64,000 nt of DNA from Oscillospiraceae bacterium (GCA_020024155.1 JAHHUE010000002.1:77-64076); one strand, 5' to 3'; counted from the stretch's first letter, positions 40,448 through 49,355 are shown. The notes: a model not told the origin generated them from the letters alone. Made by a program: numbers and translations.

Positions 40448-41293
40448 TTATTTTTTATTTACACCAACTGTTATTCGGCTAATATACTCATCCATAAGAG
40501 CAATATTTTCAATCCCCATATTGCCAATTGACATTTCGTTTAATCCCTCTTCATATGCATAACCAGTAAGTTCCAAACTATGTTTCTCAGCAAATTGAAA
40601 TATCTGTGTATAAATTTCTGGCAATTTGTCCCAAGCTCCAATACAGAAAGCTTGTATGTATGTTCCTTTTGGAATAACTTCGTCGTAATTTTCTGCATAT
40701 GTTGGACAATAAGCAAAATAGCAGTCGTAGCAGTCAAATTTCTTCTTATTCAAAGAATCTATCGAAATACGAGTTCCGAAACTATCATAAAGCGAGAATA
40801 ACTTTTTAAGTCGCAGTGAAAATCGTGCTGCAACTGAAGTTTCATCATATTTACTCATCCCTAAAAATGGCTCAGAAAGAACAATTTTTCGCTCTGGCTG
40901 ATTAACAATAGAAATATCACCGTGTTTTGCTTGGAGTGCCAACTGAATACGGTTAGCCTTTTCGTTTAGAAATGTCTCAATAGACGACAATTGTTTAATG
41001 GAATCTTCAATCAATTTTCTCTTTCTTTCTAGAATTTTCTCAAAACTGTCATACTCAGAGCTACAAAGATACTCCTTAATCTCCTCAATTGACACTCCAA
41101 TCTTTCTAAGTATCAGAATCAATTCTAAAAAAGCAAACTGTGATTCAGAATAATAGTGGTATCCGTTTTCTCCGATAAATCGAGGCTTAAACAGCCCAAT
41201 ATCGTTATAATAATGTAATGTACGCTTATTGACACCGGTGAGTTTTGCAAATTCTCCAGAAGAAAACAGCTTTAAATTTTCTTTATTTTTCAT
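40448..41293 (-). CDS. MerR-family transcriptional regulator with GyrI-like effector-binding domain
   Basis: FSSGEFAKLTGVNKRTLHYYNDIGLFKP HTH, a coiled coil, and a GyrI-like C-terminal half. Start set at the ATG at 41293 after AAGAGGT. Confidence 0.9.
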   Translation of the reverse strand: MKNKENLKLFSSGEFAKLTGVNKRTLHYYNDIGLFKPRFIGENGYHYYSESQFAFLELILILRKIGVSIEEIKEYLCSSEYDSFEKILERKRKLIEDSIKQLSSIETFLNEKANRIQLALQAKHGDISIVNQPERKIVLSEPFLGMSKYDETSVAARFSLRLKKLFSLYDSFGTRISIDSLNKKKFDCYDCYFAYCPTYAENYDEVIPKGTYIQAFCIGAWDKLPEIYTQIFQFAEKHSLELTGYAYEEGLNEMSIGNMGIENIALMDEYISRITVGVNKK

Positions 41294-41304
41294 AAAACTA
41301 CCTC

Positions 41305-41335
41305 TTGACTGTACAGTAACTGTACATAGTATCAT
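41305..41335 (+). promoter_or_regulatory. MerR-type divergent promoter with 19-bp spacer and internal palindrome
   Basis: TTGACT, 19 bp, TATCAT. The spacer contains the perfect inverted repeat TGTACAGT-A-ACTGTACA (41310-41326). Confidence 0.7.
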
Positions 41336-41376
41336 ACAATACAGAAAGATAAAAATCAAACTAAGGAGAGAAAGTT

Positions 41377-41908
41377 ATGATATTTACACAGATTAAGCCT
41401 TGTCAATGGAACCTAGTAAAAGAAATATATATGGAAGCTTTTCCGAAAGCTGAAAGAAAACCATTTTTTCTATTAAAGAAATCAAAAAGGATACAGGTTT
41501 TTACTGCTATTGAAGAAAATGAAGTTCTAGGATTTGCGGTCACAGTACCATTTCATAATCTGGTGATGGTAGATTATCTTGCAGTAAATTCTAAAATTAG
41601 AAGCAAAGGTACTGGCAGTTTCTTGTTGCAAGAGCTATGTAATACATATCAAGGTAAGAAATTGGTCTTACTCATTGAACAGTTAGATGATTCCGCAAAA
41701 AATCAACAGCAAAGGCTTGCACGTAGAAAATTCTATTTAAAAAATGGTTTTACTTCTTCGGGAACTTATAGTGAAAGGTGTCAGTGGTACTATGGAAATT
41801 ATGCATTTCGGAGGTAAAGTTTCACCAGAAGAATACCTAAATTTGCAGAAATACGCATTAGGAAAGTTACTATTTAAACTTTCTAAAATGAAGTTGGTAA
41901 CAGAGTAA
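41377..41908 (+). pseudogene. GNAT-family N-acetyltransferase with a +1 frameshift near 41740-41770
   Basis: Frame 1 ends in ...NGFTSSGTYSERCQWYYGNYAFRR*. The +1 frame continues with the protein-like LIVKGVSGTMEIMHFGGKVSPEEYLNLQKYALGKLLFKLSKMKLVTE* (stop at 41906-41908). Confidence 0.7.
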
Positions 41909-41920
41909 TGAGGCAAATTT

Positions 41921-42541
41921 ATGAAAAAAGTGATTTATAGAGCAATTGAAAAAAAGGACTATCTAGAAGTCCAGAATCTTATTTGCATTTCTTTCGGTTT
42001 AGATAGCTATGTCTCTGATTCCAAGACATTAAAACTGATTACTAAACAATATTTATGTAGTTGTCTAACTGAGCAGACTTATAATAAGGTAGCAGAAATA
42101 GACGGTAAGATAATTGGTGTGATTATGGGTGCTAGCGACCACGCAAAACATACTGTAATCAATATTTTAAATGCACTTAAAAGCCTTTTCTATTCTTTGC
42201 AAATCATCTTGTTTCATCGAAAGGCATGCGATTCTCAGGGAAACATTCATAAGGCATATGAAGAATTGATTCGTGACCATAGAAATCAATATGACGGTGT
42301 TTTAACCTTGTTTATTGTCGATAAAAAATTCCAAGGTCTTGGTATAGGAAAAGAATTGCTAAGCGGTGTCCAGAATTATTGGAATGTAAAAGGCACTAAT
42401 AGTTCCTATCTCTATACGGATGACACCTGTAACTACGGATTCTATGAACATATGAGATTTACCCGTGTCAATGAAAAAAAGATAGACATTCTACGTAACG
42501 GAGATAAGACCAAAATGGATGTTTACCTATACGAAAACTAA
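41921..42541 (+). CDS. GNAT-family N-acetyltransferase
   Basis: 206 aa with FIVDKKFQGLGIGKELL as the acetyl-CoA-binding motif. Confidence 0.8.
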   Translation: MKKVIYRAIEKKDYLEVQNLICISFGLDSYVSDSKTLKLITKQYLCSCLTEQTYNKVAEIDGKIIGVIMGASDHAKHTVINILNALKSLFYSLQIILFHRKACDSQGNIHKAYEELIRDHRNQYDGVLTLFIVDKKFQGLGIGKELLSGVQNYWNVKGTNSSYLYTDDTCNYGFYEHMRFTRVNEKKIDILRNGDKTKMDVYLYEN

Positions 42542-42624
42542 GAAAAATTTATTTTATACTCTACACTTAAACTCAAATTTATAAAAGATATATACTACCA
42601 CCAAGTATATATCCTTTATTTGTA

Positions 42625-42780
42625 TCATAATTGTTTTGCTAAAACTTTTAATAATGCTGAACATTCAAGATTTGCTAACAGTTTTGCTATCAATTCAATA
42701 TTATCATCAGCTTTCTTTGCTTCAACTTCTTATGATACATTATTAGATAATGTTTTTGTATAATGATATTATTTTGACAT
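42625..42780 (-). pseudogene. Small element-borne ORF (51 codons) interrupted by two in-frame TAA codons
   Basis: GAGGT RBS and an ATG. Reads MSK*YHYTKTLSNNVS*EVEAKKADDNIELIAKLLANLECSALLKVLAKQL* in a single frame. Confidence 0.3.
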
Positions 42781-43008
42781 CAGTTTTACCTCATATAATA
42801 CCACTCTATATATAAATTCTATACGAAACATCTTATTTTTCATTATCCAGAAAGTAAGATGTTTTTTATTTTTCTAGCTCAAATCAATAAGAAAAAATTT
42901 AGGATTTAATCCAAACTAATACTCCTTCATAGTACAAACAAGTGAAGGGACATTCCTTTTACTTAAATATTCTTTTCAATTATCAATAAAAGAAAAGGAT
43001 AGAAACAA

Positions 43009-43479
43009 ATGAATTATGAAATTACAAGTGAAATCATTAGAAGTTGAATATTGAATGAATATTTCACAATAAGAGAAACAGAAATTTTATCTACTAAACA
43101 GTTATATCCATTTAAAGACCACCCTTTATTAAAGCTTGTTGACGAATGCAAAATTGCACTTACTCAGCAGTAGAGCTGTCATACATAACGAATGAAAAAC
43201 AACACAACCTTATGTTAGAAATTGGATATTCAAAGTCAATACTATCATTATCACAAGCACAAAGAATGGCGTTCATTATCAAGTCAAGGTCGTTTAGTTA
43301 AAGATGCTATCTATATTCTGCTGAGCGAAGAAAAGGCAAACCAAAAAGAGCAAGTGCGATTTCTAAAAGAAGATATAGCTAAATACTTTCCTAAAAACTA
43401 TACTTCAAAAGATATGTCCGAAGTAATAATCAAATTACTTGAAAATTGGCAACGCAAAATACAAATGGACAAAAAATAA
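43009..43479 (+). pseudogene. ParB-like (element partition/nuclease family) gene remnant
   Basis: LYPFKDHPL ParB-box-like motif, then an internal deletion, in-frame TGA/TAG stops and a frameshift. C-terminal part reads SLSSQGRLVKDAIYILLSEEKANQKEQVRFLKEDIAKYFP...LLENWQRK. Confidence 0.55.
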
Positions 43480-43800
43480 CTGCACTTTATTGCAGATTAT
43501 CTCAAGACGACAGTAGAAATGGCGAAATCAATAAGAAAAGGATTTCTGATTTAGATAAGTTATTTTCAAAAATTTATGAAGATAACATACTCGTACAGTT
43601 GGACAATCAACGTTACACCCGTATGTCAAATGAGTATGACATAGAGTAAAAGCAATTGATAGAACTAGTTACAAAAGTGAACATGAACTCGATAAAGTCT
43701 AACCATTACAAGTAGATATTAAAATGTTATCACAAGGTTTAAGAGAATTTACAGCTATGAAAGAACTCACACCTGCTATCACGCGAAAGTCGATATTTAC
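43465..43800 (+). pseudogene. Large serine recombinase remnant (catalytic core deleted)
   Basis: KITALYCRLSQDDSRNGE is the N-terminal catalytic-Ser motif, put out of frame with its ATG by a shortened A-run. It is joined directly to the C-terminal coiled-coil part (ISDLDKLFSKIYEDNI...YTRMSNEYDIE*KQLIELV...MKELTPAI) with in-frame TAA stops. Confidence 0.6.
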
Positions 43801-43977
43801 TTTACAGCAGTATATCTTGTGTATATTCCTACCGAACAGCAACTTATTGACTTGATGAATAAAATCAAGAATAAAGCATCATTAAATGAAAAACGGTGTA
43901 ACCTCATTTCTGAGTTTACACCATCATTCTTAAAAAACATCTTTATTAACACGAGGCTAACCTGTCTTTTTTTTATT

Positions 43978-45216
43978 TTAATTATCAAAAACTTTAATAT
44001 CTTCATCAAGATTTATAACTGCGCCAAAGTAGCCTTGTTGTTGTAATTTGTCAAGAAGTTTACCAAGTTTTTTTGGTCTTTCAAACAAACCAACATCATA
44101 TTCTTTTCTGTATTCCTTAGCTTTTAAAGCACATTTTTCAAAGTTGTTTTCTTCAAAAATTACAGCAAGTTTTTTCTTTGCATTTTCCGGTTTAAATTTT
44201 TGTTCTGAAAGAATTGCAAAAATTCTTTCAAATCCAATTGAAAATCCTACTGCTGGTATATCTTCTCCAAGGAACTTACCAATAAGGTTGTCATATCTGC
44301 CACCACCGGCAATTGCACCTTTAAAATCATTACTTACAACTTCAAAAACTGTACCTGTATAATATCCTTGACCTCTTACGAGAGAAAGGTCAAACACAAG
44401 GTCATATTTATTTTCAGATACAGCAGATGCTATATTGATTATTTTTTCAACATCTCTAACAGCTTCGCTTTCTGGCATAAGTTCTTTAACATATTCCAGT
44501 GAGAAGTTACCCGCATTTAAGAAATTAACAAATTTTTCAACTGCTTGTGTATCAAAATTCTTTTCTTTAAGTTCTTTTTCAACACCTTCTGCACCAATTT
44601 TATCCATTTTATCAAATGTGATACAAACACTTGCCAAATTTTCTTTATCAAAGCCCATACTTTCAAGCAATCCGTTAAGAATTTGACGGTTATTTACTCT
44701 TACTGTAAAGTTTTTAAGGCTAATCGCAAGCAAAGCCTCTGTAACAGTATTTATAAGTTCAATTTCACTGTAAATACTATCTGAGCCAATAATATCAACA
44801 TCACATTGTGTAAATTCTCTCAAACGGCCTTTTTGTGGGCGTTCAGCACGATACACACGGTCCATTTGAATTGCTTTCAATGGGAATGGTAATTTAGAGC
44901 GATTATTAGCAAAATATCTTGTAAGCGGCAAGGTTAAATCATAACGCAAGCCCATATCTGCAAGGTTATTTTCTGTGAGTTCGCCTTCAAAAGCTTTTTG
45001 AAGTTTGTCCCCTCTTTTAAGTATTTTAAATATAAGGTTAAGATTTTCTCCACCATCGCTTTTATCAAGATTTTCAATATCTTCTATTATAGGTGTATTT
45101 ACACGAATAAATCCGTTTGAAGCATAAACTTTCAATATTTCACTTTGGAGATAATCTCTCAAAGCAGTTTCTTCTGGCAAGTAATCAACTGTACCTTTTA
45201 CATTACTTATTTTCAT
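43978..45216 (-). CDS. hisS: Histidine--tRNA ligase
   Basis: VKGTVDYLPEE, YRAERPQKGRLREFTQCDVDIIG (motif 2), GGGRYDNL (motif 3) and a C-terminal anticodon-binding domain. Confidence 0.88.
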   Translation of the reverse strand: MKISNVKGTVDYLPEETALRDYLQSEILKVYASNGFIRVNTPIIEDIENLDKSDGGENLNLIFKILKRGDKLQKAFEGELTENNLADMGLRYDLTLPLTRYFANNRSKLPFPLKAIQMDRVYRAERPQKGRLREFTQCDVDIIGSDSIYSEIELINTVTEALLAISLKNFTVRVNNRQILNGLLESMGFDKENLASVCITFDKMDKIGAEGVEKELKEKNFDTQAVEKFVNFLNAGNFSLEYVKELMPESEAVRDVEKIINIASAVSENKYDLVFDLSLVRGQGYYTGTVFEVVSNDFKGAIAGGGRYDNLIGKFLGEDIPAVGFSIGFERIFAILSEQKFKPENAKKKLAVIFEENNFEKCALKAKEYRKEYDVGLFERPKKLGKLLDKLQQQGYFGAVINLDEDIKVFDN

Positions 45217-45242
45217 AACTACCTCGCTTACTAAAATATAAC

Positions 45243-45746
45243 TTATTTCATATTACTTATAAATTTTTCATATATGATTTTTATAAAAATAATCTCTACC
45301 GGAATCATAATTATATTTTTTATTGCCCTTTTAAAAAAAATTACCCAATATGGCTGAGCTCTGACTATGCTTGTCCACAATGTATTAAGTCCTAAGCGCA
45401 AAACAATATTGACAATAACAACTGCTGTAATTATTTTTAAAAAGCTTTTTGCCCCCTTTTTTTGAAGAAAAAATCCATATACCAAACCGGACAAAGCTGC
45501 CGTTAAAGTGTATCCTGGAAAATATGGACCTACTGGAAATAAAGTTGCGCCTATAAAATCTGCAATACCTGCTGCAATGGCAGTGTAAAATGGACCATAA
45601 AGCATACCTATAATGGATAATGGGATAAATGCAAAGCCAATTTTAGCAATAGGTGTTGGTATTGATAAAAACCTTGATAATACAATTTCTAATGCAATCA
45701 ATAAGGCTATCCTTGCTATTTGCACGGTTTTACTGTTTCTATCCAT
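45243..45746 (-). CDS. folT: ECF-transporter S component, folate family (FolT-like)
   Basis: 167-aa membrane protein with VQIARIALLIALEIVLSRF...IPL...GPF, typical of FolT. Start set at the ATG at 45746 after GGAAGGGG. Confidence 0.7.
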   Translation of the reverse strand: MDRNSKTVQIARIALLIALEIVLSRFLSIPTPIAKIGFAFIPLSIIGMLYGPFYTAIAAGIADFIGATLFPVGPYFPGYTLTAALSGLVYGFFLQKKGAKSFLKIITAVVIVNIVLRLGLNTLWTSIVRAQPYWVIFFKRAIKNIIMIPVEIIFIKIIYEKFISNMK

Positions 45747-45936
45747 AGTTTTATCCCCTTCCAAAATAATAATAGTATTTATTATATATATCTTTTACAT
45801 TTTACTATCTATCCGTATTTTTTGCAATATTTTTATATAAATCGTTATTATTTGTAACCACAGTTTTGATATTTGCAATATGTTATTTCATATAGTAAAA
45901 TTATTATATTAAATAAAAAACGAATTGGGTTGAATA

Positions 45937-48492
45937 ATGAAAAATATTGTTATTGGTGTACTTGCTCATGTTGATAGTGGAAAAACCACTTTGTCAGAAA
46001 GTATGTTATATAAATGTAAGAGCATAAGAAAGCTGGGGCGTGTTGATAATGGTGACACTGCTCTTGATACAAATGAAATAGAAAAAAGCCGTGGTATAAC
46101 TGTGTTTTCAAAACAAGCAAAGCTAGTATATAAAAACACAAATATATACCTTTTGGACACACCGGGTCATATTGATTTTTCTGCTGAAATGGAGAGAACT
46201 CTGTCTGTTTTAGATTATGCCATTCTTGTTATAAGTGGTATTGATGGCATACAACATCATACAGAAACTTTATGGAATTTATTGCAAACATATAAAATTC
46301 CTACTATTATTTTTGTAAATAAAATGGATGCTAATATTGCAGATAAAAATAAACTTATTAACGAGTTAAAAAGTAATTTCAGTACATCTTGCATCGATTT
46401 TACAACACTTAATTTCTCAGTTATGGAAGAAATATCAATAACTGATGAAAGTGTTATGGAAAGCTTTTTGGAAACTGAAACTATATCTGATAGCAATATT
46501 GCTCACTTAATAAATCAACGAAAAGTTTTCCCTTGTATTTTTGGTTCTGCCCTAAAAGAACAAGGTGTTGAAGAGTTATTATCAATTCTTGACAGTTACA
46601 CTATTCAACCTGAATACCCTCAACAATTTGGTGCAAAAGTATATAAAATCGGTCACGACGAACAAGGTGGACGCATTACATATCTAAAAATTACTGGTGG
46701 TAATTTAAAACCAAAAGACAGTGTAACCCTTATTGATAAAAATGGTGAAAAATCAATTGAGAAAATAAATCAAATCAGATTGTATACCGGAGAAAAATTT
46801 TCTTCTGAACAATGTGCCGAAAGTGGAACAATTTGTGCTGTAACCGGACTTACAAAAACTTATTCTGGACAAGGTATCGGCATAGAGCATAATCTTGAAC
46901 AAAAACTGTCACAGCCAATATTTACTTATAAAGTTTTAATACTTGATAAAACTGACGCCTTTACAACTTTATCTAAATTCCGTATTCTTGAACAAGAGGA
47001 CCCTCAACTTAATGTTATATGGAATGAACAACTTTCCGAAATTCATGTAAGTCTTATGGGCGAAATTCAACTTGAAGTATTAAAACACATTTTTGCCCAA
47101 AGATTTAGTATTGAAATTGATTTTGACCAAGGTAGTGTTGTCTACAAAGAAACTATACGAAACACTGTTGAAGGTGTTGGTCACTTTGAACCTTTAAGGC
47201 ACTATGCAGAAGTTCATCTTTTACTTGAAAAAATCAAACAAGGCAGTGGCCTTATTTTTGATACTATTTGCAGTGAAGACAGACTGGATAAAAACTGGCA
47301 AAGGCTTATTCTTACTCATCTTACAGAAAAAACTCATTTAGGTGTATTAACCGGCAGCCCTATAACTGATATTAAAATCACATTGGTAAGTGGTAAATCA
47401 CACATAAAGCACACTGACGGCGGAGATTTTCGTCAGGCAACATATCGTGCTGTTCGTCAAGGTCTTATGCAGGCAGAAAGCGTTTTGCTTGAACCGTGGT
47501 ATGACTTTACAATAACTGTATCAAGCGAAAATATTGGTCGTGTTATGACAGATATACAAAAAATGAGTGGTAATTTTGATGCACCTGTTGTAAACGGAGA
47601 TATATCAGTTCTTAAAGGCTCTGTTCCTGTTATAGAGATAAATAATTACAGACAAGATTTTATAAACTTTACTCGTGGAAAAGGCAGAATGACTTGTGTT
47701 TTCAAAGGTTATTTTGAATGTCATAACACTGCACAAGTTATTAGAGAAATAGGATATAACCCAGAAAACGATATTGAAAATTCTGCTGACAGTGTATTTT
47801 GCTCTCATGGTTCTGCAACTGTTGTTAAATGGTATGATGTAAAAGACAATATGCACTTGGAAAGTTTTTTAAAAGAAAAAACAGAGGATTTAACACCGCT
47901 TATAACTCAAAATCAAGTAAGAGAGTATCGTTCTTTTCTTGAACAAGATAAAGAGCTTTTGAAAATTTTTGAAAACACTTATGGAAAAATTAAAACTGAT
48001 AGATATACTGTTTTTAATACTCCAAGTAAGACAGAAACAAAAACCACAACAAATTATAAAACTTATGAACAAGATTACCTTCTTGTTGATGGATATAATA
48101 TAATTTTTGCGTGGGACGATTTAAAAAATCTTGCTCAAAAAAATCTTGATGCTGCCCGTCATAATCTCATAAATACACTTTGTAATTATCAAGGTTTCAA
48201 AAAATGTGAAGTTATTTTAGTTTTTGATGCATACAAAGTAAAAGGCAATACTGGAAGTATTGAAAAATATCACAATATAACTATCGTTTATACAAAAGAG
48301 GCAGAAACTGCTGATATGTATATTGAAAAAACTACTAAAAACTTGGCAAAAAATTATCGTGTGAGAGTTGCAACAAGTGATAATCTTGAGCAAATTATTA
48401 TTCTTGGACATGGTGCAATGCGTTTATCTGCACGCAATTTCAAACAAGAAGTTGATGAAATAGAAAAAGCTATACGAGAAATAATAGAATAA
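45937..48492 (+). CDS. TetM/EF-G-like translational GTPase fused to a C-terminal Rae1/YacP-type NYN ribonuclease domain
   Basis: G1 AHVDSGKT, G3 DTPGH, G4 NKMD and EF-G-like domains II-V. The C-terminal 150 aa (LLVDGYNIIFAW...VFDAYKV...ETADMYIE...VATSDNLEQ...GAMRLSARNF) are collinear with B. subtilis YacP/Rae1. Confidence 0.85.
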   Translation: MKNIVIGVLAHVDSGKTTLSESMLYKCKSIRKLGRVDNGDTALDTNEIEKSRGITVFSKQAKLVYKNTNIYLLDTPGHIDFSAEMERTLSVLDYAILVISGIDGIQHHTETLWNLLQTYKIPTIIFVNKMDANIADKNKLINELKSNFSTSCIDFTTLNFSVMEEISITDESVMESFLETETISDSNIAHLINQRKVFPCIFGSALKEQGVEELLSILDSYTIQPEYPQQFGAKVYKIGHDEQGGRITYLKITGGNLKPKDSVTLIDKNGEKSIEKINQIRLYTGEKFSSEQCAESGTICAVTGLTKTYSGQGIGIEHNLEQKLSQPIFTYKVLILDKTDAFTTLSKFRILEQEDPQLNVIWNEQLSEIHVSLMGEIQLEVLKHIFAQRFSIEIDFDQGSVVYKETIRNTVEGVGHFEPLRHYAEVHLLLEKIKQGSGLIFDTICSEDRLDKNWQRLILTHLTEKTHLGVLTGSPITDIKITLVSGKSHIKHTDGGDFRQATYRAVRQGLMQAESVLLEPWYDFTITVSSENIGRVMTDIQKMSGNFDAPVVNGDISVLKGSVPVIEINNYRQDFINFTRGKGRMTCVFKGYFECHNTAQVIREIGYNPENDIENSADSVFCSHGSATVVKWYDVKDNMHLESFLKEKTEDLTPLITQNQVREYRSFLEQDKELLKIFENTYGKIKTDRYTVFNTPSKTETKTTTNYKTYEQDYLLVDGYNIIFAWDDLKNLAQKNLDAARHNLINTLCNYQGFKKCEVILVFDAYKVKGNTGSIEKYHNITIVYTKEAETADMYIEKTTKNLAKNYRVRVATSDNLEQIIILGHGAMRLSARNFKQEVDEIEKAIREIIE

Positions 48493-48501
48493 AAATAAAA
48501 G

Positions 48502-48536
48502 ACGATATTAGACCCAAAATCTAATATCGTTTTTTC
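48502..48536 (+). terminator. Intrinsic terminator after the GTPase-NYN gene
   Basis: ACGATATTAGA / TCTAATATCGT stem followed by TTTTTTC. Confidence 0.85.
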
Positions 48537-48668
48537 TATATTAAAATTATAACCTTGTGATATTCTTTAAACACAAAATGGTAATGGGGAATATATATGT
48601 TGTAAATAACTTTTAAATAAAGTTTTGTTGTTTCAAATAAATATTTTTAAAATATCAATATTTTTTAT

Positions 48669-49355
48669 TTAAAGATGAGTATTGATAGAGTATATTCCTA
48701 AAAACTCTTCTCCACCCCATCTGCCAACAAGGTCATGTCTACGAATATTTCTAATAAGACTTTTAGAAATATTTTTTAGAACCATATCCCCTGCATCATG
48801 TCCGTATGTATTATTAACTTTGCTAAAATCATCAATATCAGCAAATAATACTGCAAAACTTCTTCCAATTTTTTTATATTCTTCAAATTTATAAGAAATA
48901 AAACTCTCCAAGTAACAACGGTTAGGTAACTCTGTTAAATTATCATGCATAGCAATATTAGATAAATTTTTTATTAAATTATCTTCAAAAACTTTTGGAA
49001 AATCCTTAGTAAATATTTCTACTGCCCCTACAATTTGTTCTTCATTTTTAATAGGAAAAATATTTACTCTAATAGGAATTCTGTATCCGTCACGATGCCT
49101 AACAAGAACCTGGTCTTGTCTTTTTTTTCTGTCTTATATTGTAGCAAATAAAGGACAATCGAGATTGCATATAGCTTTTACTTATTTGTCTATATGATTT
49201 AGCCCGCTGTTTTGACAGCATTTGCCAATTATTTCTTCTGCCTTATATCCTGTAATTTCTTCTGCTACATGATTCTAAAACTTTATCTTCCATTCTTTAT
49301 CCACAAAATAAATATCATCTTGCAACTGTTTTATAATATCTAAATATCTATATTG
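48669..49355 (-). pseudogene. PAS-GGDEF diguanylate cyclase pseudogene
   Basis: A single frame reads ...DDIYFVDKEWKIKF*NHVAEEITGYKAEEIIGKCCQNSGLNHIDK*VKAICNLDCPLFATI*DRKKRQDQVLVRHRDGYRIPIRV...LTELPNR...GRWGGEEFLGI. It has three in-frame stops, no start codon, and the GGDEF domain is truncated shortly after GGEEF. Confidence 0.8.

Larger units (their letters stand above)
39910..43977. mobile_element. Decayed remnant of an integrated element (serine-recombinase type) carrying MerR/GNAT cargo
   Basis: Broken membrane-protein fragments at 40.0-40.3 kb. Intact merR and GNAT genes, then a ParB-like pseudogene and an internally deleted large-serine-recombinase gene. The element abuts the hisS stop codon. 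Confidence 0.55.

Noticed and set aside
43797-44046. Two overlapping ORFs (70 and 75 aa) at the hisS 3' end and element junction
   Set aside because: They overlap the well-supported hisS C-terminus or run through recombinase debris. They have no RBS and biased low-complexity products.
45765-45936. Possible THF riboswitch upstream of folT, and T-box leaders for hisS and proS
   Set aside because: The folT upstream region is almost pure A/T, with none of the GC-containing helices a THF aptamer needs. The hisS and proS upstream gaps (26 and 60 nt) are far too short for a T-box.
45937-47860. Simple tetracycline-resistance (TetM/TetO/TetW) gene on a mobile element
   Set aside because: There is no flanking transposon or conjugation gene. 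The ORF continues in frame into a NYN domain that resistance determinants lack. It is therefore reported as a distinct fusion rather than as an AMR gene.
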